Part shown: piece after piece, positions 24,186-34,400 of the stretch
Numbering within the stretch: position 1 is the stretch's first letter
Layout of the letters: the number at the start of each line of letters is the position of its first letter
Assembly: GCA_973895155.1 (NCBI GenBank)
Contig: OZ316891.1
Span: forward strand, 30,511,112-30,575,111
Direction of reading: 5' to 3'
Length of the DNA: 64,000 nucleotides
Source of the DNA: Marsupella aquatica
Taxonomy: Eukaryota; Plantae; Marchantiophyta
The notes under the pieces: generated by a model
What the model was told of the DNA's origin: nothing
Seen by the model: only the letters and a program-made list of their open reading frames with translations
Database searches by the model: none
Position numbers and translations under genes: made by a program

Positions 24186-27092
24186 ATGTCCGATGAAGAG
24201 GATTCGCATGAAACTGGATATCATTCCACTACTCCTAGGCCTGGTCCAACTCGTGTGCAAGAACACCCTTCAAAACAATCTCCAGTGTGGAGATATTTTG
24301 AACGATGTGATGCGCCTTCAACATGTCATGATGTCAATCGTATCTATCGAAGATGCAAGTATTGTTTAACATACGTTACTCATCATGCAACACGAGCAAA
24401 GGCGCATTTGATGGGAAACATCCAAAAAGGGGATGCGCCCCCTTGCATGCAACTCTATGGTGTCATCGATTTGGATGCCATCAACATTATGTACAATGTG
24501 ATAAAGGTTCCACCGACCTTAAAGTACAAACGACGAGATGGAAGTCATATCTTGCGGGATGTGAGAGGTCGTAGGCCAAGCGTTGGAAGTTCATATTCGC
24601 AAGCATCCACACGAGGGTCAAACTATGTTGACATGGATGATACACATGTAAGGGAAGGAGATAGGCCAGTAAATCTTCCTAACCCAATTATGGATGCCTA
24701 TCAAATTCCAAATAGAACAAATTTGGATAAGCTTTGGGCGAAAGCTTTCTACACCAGTGGTATTCCATTCAATGTTTCAAATAATCCTTTTTTTCGAGAA
24801 GCAGTCATAGAGACTTCAAAAGGGATTGTCAATGGTTATTCTCTACCTACGATGCGAAGTTTGCGATTGAAATTATTGGAAGACAGTAAGGAGGATCTCA
24901 CAAAGGACATGACGCAAACTTTAAAGGAGGCAAAACCTTATGGGTATTCTCTTTCTTCAGATGGATGGGAAAACGTCCGAAGAGAACCTTTGATGAATGT
25001 CATGTTGTTGACTTCTAAAGGTGACTTCTTCTTGGATAGTTGGAATGCTGCGCAAGCTGACAAGAAAGATGGGAAATATCTTGGCGACATGTGGTTGAAA
25101 TACATTGAGGATATTGGTGCAGATCATATTATTCAAATTGTAACTGATGGAGCACCCGCAAATTGCGTAGCAGGTTGTGAGGTAGTCATGAAAAAGTATC
25201 CTCATGTCACTTGGAGCTGGTGTGCTGCCCACGTGTTTAATTTGCTGCTAGAGGATATGTGTGGTCACAAGCGTGTAGTGCTAGATGATGCTGGACAGAA
25301 TCCATTCCAAAAGATTTTTAAACGGTTGAGGTGGATAGTAAAAGCAGTTTCATCATCGCAAAAGCTTTCTGCAATATTTGCAAGAAAATCTCCTGACAAA
25401 AAACTGTTGAATCCAAATGCAACTAGATTTGCGACCAATTTCCTAATGGCACAAAGAGCGTTGGAGCTAAGAGGAGCTTTACAACAGATGGTCATTGATG
25501 ATAATTGGCAGTCTTATCGTGATAGACTTCCATTGCGACCAAAATCAGCTGGACACATGACGAGGGGAAAGGCAGACGAACTTAAAATGTGGATACAGCA
25601 AGATACATTTTGGGTTGAAGTGAAGGATACAGTTAAATTCTTTACTCCGTTGGTCAAGATGTTGCGAGAATTTGATGGTGATTCTCCGCAATCAGGTTGG
25701 TTGTATTGGAGTTTGAAAAGAGGGATTGATATTTTGAAAGCAAGCATGGAGGATTGTCCATTGGTAACAGAGGTATTGAAACCAAAGATACTAAAAGTGT
25801 ATTTGGATCGAAAAAAATATCTTACCACTGATTTCATGCTAGCGGCAGCATATCTCAATCCCCAAATGTTTTTTGATGAGGACATAGATGTCGCTGGAGA
25901 TCCAGAACTCTACAGGGGTTTCAGTGAATACATTGCTAGATATTCAGAACAACAGGTGAAGGAGGGGATCAACCATGATCGCGACGTCAGAGAACTTATT
26001 TCTGCCATCCACAGTCAAGCCATTGACGCCCAAAAAAAAAATCCCAACACATCAATAGCGATGGGAGCTGCCCAATCAAGTATAGGTAATGTCAGTCCAG
26101 CAGAGTGGTGGCATGCGTATGGTGCAGATTATAAACATTTGAGAATCCTGGCGCGAAGAATCTTACACCAAAAAGTGTGCGCATCAGCTTGCGAGCGAAA
26201 CTGGAGTTCGTATGGATTTATACATTCCAAAAGTCGCAATCGATTGACAAATGATCGAGCAAAAGATTTGGTGTTTGTATTTACAAACATGAGGGTAGAG
26301 AAAGGGCTCACAAATGTTCGAAACCCGCATACGTTTATATATGAACGTTATGACCAAAGAAGAAGAACAAATGATGGACCTAGACCTATCTCCATGGAGT
26401 TGTGCAGCAATGAAGAGTACGATGCAACACGTGCGGCTCTTGGTGAAGAAGATGTCGAAGATTATGATACAATTGATGATGCTGATGAATTGCTACACGG
26501 ATTTTCACTGGATAAGGATAGTGAGTTCTTGACTCGTATTCCACCAGATACAGACATCACTGCTGCAGAGGAATGGGAGAATGAAATGGATTTGGAGATG
26601 TATCCTACAATTGATGAATCGCAAATCCAAGACGAGGAAGATGCATCACTGGACAGAAACTTTGTGATGCCTTCCCAACCAAGGTCACCTTGGTCGAACT
26701 TTGCGAATGATGTTGACACAAGCAGACCATATTTCAACGAGCAACGCACAGGCACAGCAGGGCATCCGACGAATGGAAGGACATCAACCTTTTTTCATGG
26801 ATACAACAATCATGAAGGTCAAACTTCAAACGATCCACATGCAAACTGGCAACACCATGCAGGTCCACCCTTGAATGCGTATGCAGGGCCAAGTGTCATG
26901 AATCCATATACGTCGAACAGGCCTATTGGCCTTGGTGGGTTTCGAGGAATATCATCATTTCAAGAAACATCGCACAATGTTCAGTCACACAATCGTGATC
27001 CACTCAGTTGGGGCGACAAACAAGACGAGTGGAATGCGCTTTTGTGCAAAAATCTTAACAACAATGCACGAAATTTCTCTTCACAGCCTTGA
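24186..27092 (+). CDS. hAT transposase (BED zinc finger + DUF659 + hAT C-terminal dimerisation domain), intact, ~968 aa
   Basis: BED: SPVWRYF..CKYC..HHATRAKAHL. Catalytic D in LSSDGW and D in IVTDGA, CAAH motif, TRFATNF, EWWHAYG, and E in ASACERNWS followed by RNRL. ATG 24186 follows a pyrimidine tract and AG. Long acidic/low-complexity tail. Confidence 0.95.
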   Translation: MSDEEDSHETGYHSTTPRPGPTRVQEHPSKQSPVWRYFERCDAPSTCHDVNRIYRRCKYCLTYVTHHATRAKAHLMGNIQKGDAPPCMQLYGVIDLDAINIMYNVIKVPPTLKYKRRDGSHILRDVRGRRPSVGSSYSQASTRGSNYVDMDDTHVREGDRPVNLPNPIMDAYQIPNRTNLDKLWAKAFYTSGIPFNVSNNPFFREAVIETSKGIVNGYSLPTMRSLRLKLLEDSKEDLTKDMTQTLKEAKPYGYSLSSDGWENVRREPLMNVMLLTSKGDFFLDSWNAAQADKKDGKYLGDMWLKYIEDIGADHIIQIVTDGAPANCVAGCEVVMKKYPHVTWSWCAAHVFNLLLEDMCGHKRVVLDDAGQNPFQKIFKRLRWIVKAVSSSQKLSAIFARKSPDKKLLNPNATRFATNFLMAQRALELRGALQQMVIDDNWQSYRDRLPLRPKSAGHMTRGKADELKMWIQQDTFWVEVKDTVKFFTPLVKMLREFDGDSPQSGWLYWSLKRGIDILKASMEDCPLVTEVLKPKILKVYLDRKKYLTTDFMLAAAYLNPQMFFDEDIDVAGDPELYRGFSEYIARYSEQQVKEGINHDRDVRELISAIHSQAIDAQKKNPNTSIAMGAAQSSIGNVSPAEWWHAYGADYKHLRILARRILHQKVCASACERNWSSYGFIHSKSRNRLTNDRAKDLVFVFTNMRVEKGLTNVRNPHTFIYERYDQRRRTNDGPRPISMELCSNEEYDATRAALGEEDVEDYDTIDDADELLHGFSLDKDSEFLTRIPPDTDITAAEEWENEMDLEMYPTIDESQIQDEEDASLDRNFVMPSQPRSPWSNFANDVDTSRPYFNEQRTGTAGHPTNGRTSTFFHGYNNHEGQTSNDPHANWQHHAGPPLNAYAGPSVMNPYTSNRPIGLGGFRGISSFQETSHNVQSHNRDPLSWGDKQDEWNALLCKNLNNNARNFSSQP

Positions 27093-27333
27093 AGCATCTT
27101 TTCATTAGGATAATATCAAGTGTTGCTACTCTTATATTGTCGTATCTGACATAGACAAAATTATAAACAATTATATTTTTTGTAACATGATTGTATTGTC
27201 TTGCAGTGTGTTTATTATTGTACAATGATTGAATAATTTATTTGTATTTGCATTTGAGAATGTCATAGAGACACACCAACGCAACATGTTTTCCAAATCT
27301 CCAACACTGACTATTTCAAAGTACCTTGTTGTT

Positions 27334-28654
27334 GGCCATAGCAGCCGTAGTCCATACCAGCCCCCTCCATTAATTGGTTAGTTCATTTCACTATGCGAAG
27401 ATTTAGTCCAGCAATAGAGCACCGTCATATTCAATAATAATGAGGTCGAGAGGACCTCATTATTGGACCTGAGAATGTCATTGCTTGAATAAACCTTCTC
27501 GTAATAAAATAAACTTAGTTGAACTTGAAGTTGTAATGAGGGCCCATTTTTGGGGTGGGTGAATGTCGTTGACCGTAGCAGCTGCACTACTTGAAGTTGG
27601 GCAGAGTTTATATGACTATGAGAGAAGTTGTGAAATGAACACATCGCCTACATAATCAGTAACCTTCTCATAATCATATAAACCCCGTTCAACTTGAAGT
27701 TGTAATGAGGGCCCATTGGTGGCCAAGGAGAGCAATGTCATGATGATGATCAGACACGGTCACGGGGATTCCGCAAGATCGGTCACCAAATTGATATGCA
27801 GACGCAAAATACAGTCACCAATTTCAAGTCAAAGTTCACCCGTTTATATCCTCTCCTGTCCGAATTCCAATTCGAGCTTGGACACCCTCTCGTCAGCAGG
27901 TCTCCACCCTTTCAGTTGCTCCTCACGCGAACCTCTGGATTCCTCAAACACTATGAATGATGCATTGAAATAAAATAGGTTCGAGGATTCTAGAGACTGC
28001 TATCTTGGTTTGCGTGAAGAGCAACTGCAATGGTGGAGACCAGCTGACGAGAGGATGTCCAAGCTCGAATTGGAATTCGGAAAGGAGAGGATATAAACAT
28101 GCAATTGTGCGAATTAATGTCATAGGCCGTAGCAGCCGTACTCCAGTAATTGGTCAGTTCATTTCATTATCAGAAGATTTATTCAAGCAACGGAGCACGG
28201 ACATATTCAATAATAACAAAGTTAGGAGGACCTGAAATATTGACCTGAGAGTGCCATTGCTTGAATAAACCTTCTCATAATGAAAAAAACTCTGTTCAAC
28301 TTCAAGTTCTAATCAGGGCCCATTTTTGGGGTAGGCAAATGTAGAGGCGTTGGCCTCGGTTTGCATGCGCATGAATGTCATTGGTCGTAGCAGCTACGCT
28401 ACTTGAAGTTGAACAGAGTTTATTTGAGTACGAGAGAAGTTGTGAAACCAACGGATCGATGACATACTCAGTAATTTTTTGCTCGAAGGACCTGAAAATT
28501 TGACCTGAGAGTGCATTTGCTTTCAGAACTTCTCTCGTACTCAAATAAACTCCGTTCAACTTCAAGTTGTAATGAGGGCCCATTTTTGCGGTGGGCAAAG
28601 GAGTAGGCGTTGGCCTCGGTTCGCATGTGCATGAATGTCATTGGCCGTAGCAGC
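27334..28654. ncRNA. Putative hairpin-RNA / miRNA-like cluster: five long stem-loops, four of them homologous ~260 bp units
   Basis: Stems 27380-27415/27480-27515, 27589-27629/27661-27700, 27842-27933/28007-28098, 28162-28193/28254-28285, 28401-28451/28517-28567. Shared linkers GGCCGTAGCAGC and TAATGAGGGCCCATT. Expression is not shown. Confidence 0.55.
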
Positions 28655-29159
28655 AATAGCGGAAAAAATTATGAAAGACAGGAAAAGTGAGTGGACTTAG
28701 GTATACATCCTTCTACAAAATCATTCTCAACTTGGGCGGCTAAAACCATTGCGATGTTGACTTTGTTGAACTCATTGTGCTACACGATCTCCTTTTGGAA
28801 ATGATTTCAGAGAAGGATCAGTACCTGAGTCCACTGTGCTACCGTCTCTCATCACGTCTATTTTCCTCATACTTGTCCAAAAATATGATTGTGAGCCCGA
28901 CAATATGCTTCCAAAACCTATGGCTGATTGGAGGATGGAATATTCTTACGAAAATACACATTCTCCAAAAGGCGACGCCATGCCCCCAATGAAAAATATA
29001 TGTACTCAACGAGATATGCAATGTAATGTCACTCCAAAATCTCTTTACCAATTACAAGTTGAAAATAATTGTCAAAGAGGATATGCCGCTTCTATTTTAA
29101 CAAAATGTCTCTAATAGTAACTACATGAAAATAACATCAAAATGTAGAGACTATTGGTT

Positions 29160-31118
29160 TTAGTTCCTTTTGTTGTTATTGTCAACAGCTTCTGTTTTCA
29201 CCTCTGCCTGTTGTTGACGTCGTCGATGGCGCCGAATGGATCGTTGCAAATTTTGCTCATCTATTGATGGCTGGTTGGCTGCCGCATATTGTTTCCACTC
29301 ATCGAGTCGACCACTGAATAACAACCTGTCAAATTCCCCATCTGACAAATTATATTCATTGATTGTGAAATGTTCAATGGGAGTTTCATCTATTTGCATC
29401 GCCGGTATAGTATCTTCAGTCATATCTTCAGTCATATCTTCAGTGTTTTGTTGAGTCTCCATTGATGGCATTTGCTTCAACAATCCTCGTTGCTCATACT
29501 CGCGTTCATGAAATGGTGTGCGACACCAACATTTTCGGCTTTTCTTCAACCATTTAGACAAGCAAGCATGATGCCATATATGACCGCAGGTTTCCAACAT
29601 GGAAACACATTCAGGGCCCCAAGGATATAGGCACCAAGTACACTTGTCATCCTTTTCACGAACAAATGCTGCCATAGTTTCATCCTTTTTCCACTTATCA
29701 AAAAACCTATCAATACCTTCCGCGTCAACCTCCACATCTGGAAAAAGGTTGCTGTGCCCTGTAGGATCTATGATTTGCATGTTAACAAAATTTGGCGACG
29801 ATAATTCACCTTGCCCTTTGTTTGACCTCATCCCCAAAGCACCATTGTTAAATTCTTGCACCTCTTCGTGAAGATTTGATATGATGATTGCTTGCGTTGC
29901 AAGTTCACTTTTAAGATCATTAATGATCTTGTCCTTCTCCTCAAGTCGTGCCAGTTCATTGCATTGACGCTCTTTTTTAGCAAGTTGTTTTGTCAGCTTA
30001 TTGATTTCTTCCATCTTGTCAAATAATTGACACTTGTACAACATCACTTCCGAATTGGTCGTTGGCTCGTTCTGCTTCTTCTCAAGTGATCTCATCTTTA
30101 TATCAGCTTGTTGCAATTGTGACTTGAACTTTTCGATGCTGCCACATTCACATAGCTCCACTACATACTTCATGCGGAGATTTGTCTCAATCACCTCTGC
30201 AACATCTGCCCCCAAGCTCTTGCATATGTTGTGCAGGTTGAACTTATCCTTGTTAGCATCAGTAACATTGTTGTTCTTTGCATGTGGAGTTCTACTCCCA
30301 ACACCTACAAGGATTGGTTTTTTGGTGTGCATTGACTCCACATTGGTTGGTGGTGCTGCACGGTCAGGCATGGAGACTCGAGGAAGTACAGCCATTTTCC
30401 CCTTCTCATGCGCATATCCCTCCCCAGTGTCATCTAGCTTTCTTTTGGATCCCTTGTTGGAAGTCTCCATTGAAGGGTCCTTTGCAATAGTTGTATTCCT
30501 ATTCATTGCAATCGCAACCACTGATGGATGCACCTGATGAGTCAACTTGCCAGCACTGTTTTCCCAACGGTAATCCACCTTCCACTTGAGAATGAATTCA
30601 GCAATCAGACATCGGATAAAAGGAGGGTAAACGGAACTCATTTTCGTTTGGGCTTTGTGTGGAGCAAACTCTCGATATCGTTGCTGCCAATGTGATTTAA
30701 CACCTGCATGTGTTACTTTGGACATGGTGAATTTTTCTTGCGCCCATGATCTTGTTGCCCAAAGATCCGGATCGTGAAAAACTTGTTGTGCTAATGGCCA
30801 AAAGTCTTTCTTTGGCATCAACATCTCCAATTCCTTTGCATTCATGGCCCATTCGTCATGGGGAGGATTTACATTGGGCGTTAATATACTCCATTCATCC
30901 TTCATACCCTCATCTTCCCATCTTCTTGCGTTTGGCGCCGGTGTTCCATCAACCTTGGGTTTAGCCTCATAGTGAATGCCAATGGTTGTAAGATTATCCA
31001 ACACATTATTACGAAGAGCTTCATCGTCACAATAGGATCCTTGACCATCTTGCATGGTAAGATGTTGTGTCGTGAACTCTTTGTCTTCATCATCAGAAGA
31101 CAATTCCCATCGTCCCAT
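29160..31118 (-). CDS. Transposon cargo protein: unknown N-terminal domain, basic NLS-like patch, coiled coil, C-terminal RING-H2 finger (putative E3 ubiquitin ligase), ~652 aa
   Basis: Uninterrupted 669-codon ORF with first ATG at 31118. RING-H2 pattern CTWC-x14-CGHIWHHAC-x10-CWC; heptad-rich E/K/Q segment; KGSKRKL. Confidence 0.85.
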   Translation of the reverse strand: MGRWELSSDDEDKEFTTQHLTMQDGQGSYCDDEALRNNVLDNLTTIGIHYEAKPKVDGTPAPNARRWEDEGMKDEWSILTPNVNPPHDEWAMNAKELEMLMPKKDFWPLAQQVFHDPDLWATRSWAQEKFTMSKVTHAGVKSHWQQRYREFAPHKAQTKMSSVYPPFIRCLIAEFILKWKVDYRWENSAGKLTHQVHPSVVAIAMNRNTTIAKDPSMETSNKGSKRKLDDTGEGYAHEKGKMAVLPRVSMPDRAAPPTNVESMHTKKPILVGVGSRTPHAKNNNVTDANKDKFNLHNICKSLGADVAEVIETNLRMKYVVELCECGSIEKFKSQLQQADIKMRSLEKKQNEPTTNSEVMLYKCQLFDKMEEINKLTKQLAKKERQCNELARLEEKDKIINDLKSELATQAIIISNLHEEVQEFNNGALGMRSNKGQGELSSPNFVNMQIIDPTGHSNLFPDVEVDAEGIDRFFDKWKKDETMAAFVREKDDKCTWCLYPWGPECVSMLETCGHIWHHACLSKWLKKSRKCWCRTPFHEREYEQRGLLKQMPSMETQQNTEDMTEDMTEDTIPAMQIDETPIEHFTINEYNLSDGEFDRLLFSGRLDEWKQYAAANQPSIDEQNLQRSIRRHRRRQQQAEVKTEAVDNNNKRN

Positions 31119-31305
31119 GTTTGCGATGTGTACAAAAGGTCTGCGATATTTGACAATGTACAAACACATTTAGCACAATTTTGGGCATTCACGACAAAGT
31201 TTGATAGAATATTATCAACAAAATGCAGAACATTGTAATTGACATACAATGAATAAACATATAATCGTTAAGGTGACCTTTACAAAATTGTGTAAACCCT
31301 AATCT

Positions 31306-32961
31306 CTAATCTCTAAGATATGGACTGTTGTGCAAATGCAATGTGCAATCTGGAAACGTTCGAACTATCTTCAAACTCCAATAAGCACAATCCATTCTTT
31401 TCTTGGCATCTGTGGCCATCATTTCACGGATTATGACATCCAATTTGGGGCCATGCACTTGTGCACTCCAACCCCTCCCCAAAAACCGTGAACCCTTAGA
31501 CATTCCATCCCAATTCTCTGTCAACAATGTCTCAAAAATATTCCCCAAAGCATATATATCGGTACTTTCACTAAACTCGACAGGGGTAGGTTGAACAAGC
31601 TCCGGAGCCAACTGTGGAAATTGTTTTTGGTATGTTGCTGCTTTTTCTGTTGCTGTGGGCCACATCCGATTAGCTGGTAATTTGCACTATGATTTATGCT
31701 TAGACAAGCCAAAATCACATAAACCAACATACACCTTAATAGCCACATCGTGCTCGTGATCGAAATGAAGAAGGATGTTTCCAAAGTGAAGATCACAATG
31801 AAATCGATCATGCTCATGCAAGTATTACAATGTCTCCAGCAAAGCCAAGGCGATTCCCAACCGGTTCTCCAACAAGAGTTTCTTCTCCGAAATAAACTTG
31901 AAATCAAGGTCCGTCGTGATCTGTGCCTTCCCCTTGCTCTTTGACGATATGCCGCACTTATCAATAAAGCTACCCAAGTCACCTCCATTATAGTGATCGT
32001 AAATAAGTTTTGGCGGATCCTCAATAGTCAACGCAAGAGCTCCAACGATTCCCTTATGATTCAGTCCTCCCATAAGCACTTCTTGTAATGTGTCAGTTTG
32101 TCTCTTATGCTTGTCTCCATCCTTGAACCGCTTTGCGACTAAGGTCACGTTGACGGGAATGAGAGGACAATATAATATACGATAAGTGTATACCTCTCCT
32201 TGGATTCCTTTCCCAATGCGACGTGTGTTGTGCACCTGCTCAGGTTTAAGAAAATGGATACTCCTAACCTCTGGAACTACACGCGATGGACGTGTTCCTT
32301 TTCGAGCACTTTTGATGCTGACATCCCCAAAGTGCACAATCTCGTTAGCATATTTGACATTGCTATCAGATTTTGCCATTGCCAACTCCTTACTCCACTT
32401 CACTAGCAATTCTCTCTTGTGTGTGTACATCCCGGGGTTTCCAAGCAATGTAGTGTCACCCTCTTCCACTTTGGCTGCCAAATTATCCCAAACATGCTTC
32501 TCCAAGTTGAGTGCCAAATTTTCCAGAAATCCTCCCGGTTTCTCAGTTTCATCTTCAAATGACTTCATTTGCTCTCGTGTGAAATTGTCCTCCTTTTGTA
32601 CACTTTCCCGCATACAACGGGTTATCTCACCAAGAAAGTTCTTGTATCCTTTCTCTCCGTGTCTTGTGAACTCCCTCTCGAACCCGTCCACCCCATACTG
32701 TTTCGGTTGAGTGTAGCGATAAAGTATCTCTTTCCATATCGACACTACCACATTGTGTCGAACCTGTTTTGCCTCTTCGTTTGCCCCCTTCCGTTTTCGT
32801 TTCCCGGCCACTTTGCTAGAATTCCTAGCATGTTCGAGAGTGTTTCGAGCGTTCTTCAATGCATCCAGAGCAACAAGATTCGGCTCATATCCCTCATTCA
32901 CATGTTTTGTGATCATCTCCAACACTTGCCTATACTCTAAACTAAAATTTTCGATGACCAT
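31306..32961 (-). pseudogene. Transposon cargo Ser/Thr (TKL-like) protein kinase with two in-frame nonsense codons
   Basis: One frame reads IGKGIQGEVY (G-loop), VAKRF, QEV, HKGIV, YNGGDL, LETL*YLHEHDRFHCDLHFGNILL, LCDFGLSKHKS*, LAPEL, TDIYALG. The stops TAA (31825-31827) and TAG (~31687-31689) are consistent with CAA/CAG C>T changes. Confidence 0.88.
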
Positions 32962-33188
32962 GTTTTCCCTTCACAAAAGGAATATGTGAGGGAGGAACAA
33001 GATCTTACCGGGATTTAAATAAAATCCTTCCAATAAGGATTCAACGACCAACCTGAAAATTACAAGTCGTATTGTTATTATCTTTTCCCGGTTTGTTTCT
33101 CCCATGCATTATGTATTTTTATTGCACACATGATTTTAATTACCTTTCTATATAACAACAATAAAAGAGAAAGACAACACTTGTGAAA

Positions 33189-33540
33189 TATCGCAGACCG
33201 AGTGGACGCTCAAAGCATGCGCACAAAAGTGTTCTTTTCTTTCAAAGTTGTTATATTCCTGCTTCGACATATGTGATTTGGTGTCTATAACTTAACACTC
33301 ATTTGTAATTCAAGTAAAAACATTCTCGGCGAATCGTGGTATCCATGCAAAGTATCGCAGACCGAGCCGAAACTCTAAGCATGCGTACATGGATTCCTCT
33401 ATCTCCGCAAATGTTTTACTTAATGAACAAAGGAGACTAAATTGTTAAGGTGATATTAATAAATTCTTGTACGGAGTATCGCAAACCGAACCGAGGCTCA
33501 AAGCGTGCGCGTACAAGTGTTTCTTTATATCCCTCCATTT
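33189..33540 (-). promoter_or_regulatory. Right inner arm with three copies of the same ~37 bp motif, upstream of the kinase
   Basis: TATCGCAGACCGAGCCG..CTCAAAGCATGCG at 33189, 33353 and 33477, the reverse complement of the left-arm copies with mirrored spacing. Confidence 0.5.
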
Positions 33541-33653
33541 GGCTCTAAGGTTAGGGTTTAAAACACAAAAAAAACTTAAAAAATCACAAAACAAAACACA
33601 AACAAATAAAAACAAACCAAAAATCAAAAATAAAAACCAAAACCAAACACTTA

Positions 33654-33797
33654 CCTCCTCCTCCTCCTCTTCTCCTCCTCCTCCTCCTCCTCCTCTCCTC
33701 TCCTTCTCCTCCTCCTCCTCCTCTTCTCCTCCTCCTCCTCTCCTCCTCCTCCTCCTCTCCTCTCCTCCTCCTCTTCCTCCTCTCCTCCTCTCCTCCT
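33654..33797. repeat. (CCT)n / CT-rich microsatellite
   Basis: Directly visible imperfect CCT array. Confidence 0.95.
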
Positions 33798-33919
33798 TTC
33801 TGCAAAACCGAAAATGAGGAGGGAGAGGAGGGATCTCCTCCTTTTATCCTCTCCCGAGCCCCCGACCCTTTCCCGGCCGGCCCCATCCTCCAACCCTAAA
33901 TCGCGAAACCCTAATTCTC

Positions 33920-34400
33920 TGAGCCTCAATCCCGAACCCCGAACTTCCAAACCCCGAACCAAACCCCGAACCGGACCCCGAACCCCGAACCCCGATCCCC
34001 ACCCGGACCCACCCCGGCCTCCCGGACCCGAACCCCACCCGGACCCCACCCCGAACCCCCACCGAGCGCCTCCGCCCCGGGCCCGGACCCCACCCGAACC
34101 CCCCGTACCTCCCGAACCCGAACCCCTCGGACCCGGACCCGAACCCCACCCGGACCCCCACCCGAACCCCCCGCACCTCCTCCTCCCGGACCCGAGCCGC
34201 ACCCGGACCCCACCCCGAACCCCCACCGAGCGGACCCGAACCCCACCCGGACCCCACCCCGAGCCCCCACCGAGCGCCTCCGCCCCGGACCCGGACCCGA
34301 TTAGTCACCCGGACCCCCACCCGAACCTCCTCCCGAACCTCCTCCCGAACCCGAACCCCGAACCGGACGTTTCCTTTCCCGGACTGCTTCCGAACCCGGG
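33920..34400. repeat. Right subterminal GC-rich repeat block (CCCGAACCC/CCGGACCC)
   Basis: Directly visible; the motifs are reverse complements of the G-rich block at 23270-23525. Confidence 0.9.

Noticed and set aside
27334-28654. CRISPR-like reading of the repeat-spacer pattern
   Set aside because: Eukaryotic context, no cas genes, units ~260 bp, and the variable parts are homologous self-complementary stems rather than unique spacers.
28302-29114. Short ORFs in and next to the hairpin array as a third cargo gene
   Set aside because: Under 100 aa, no motif, partly translations of the repeat.
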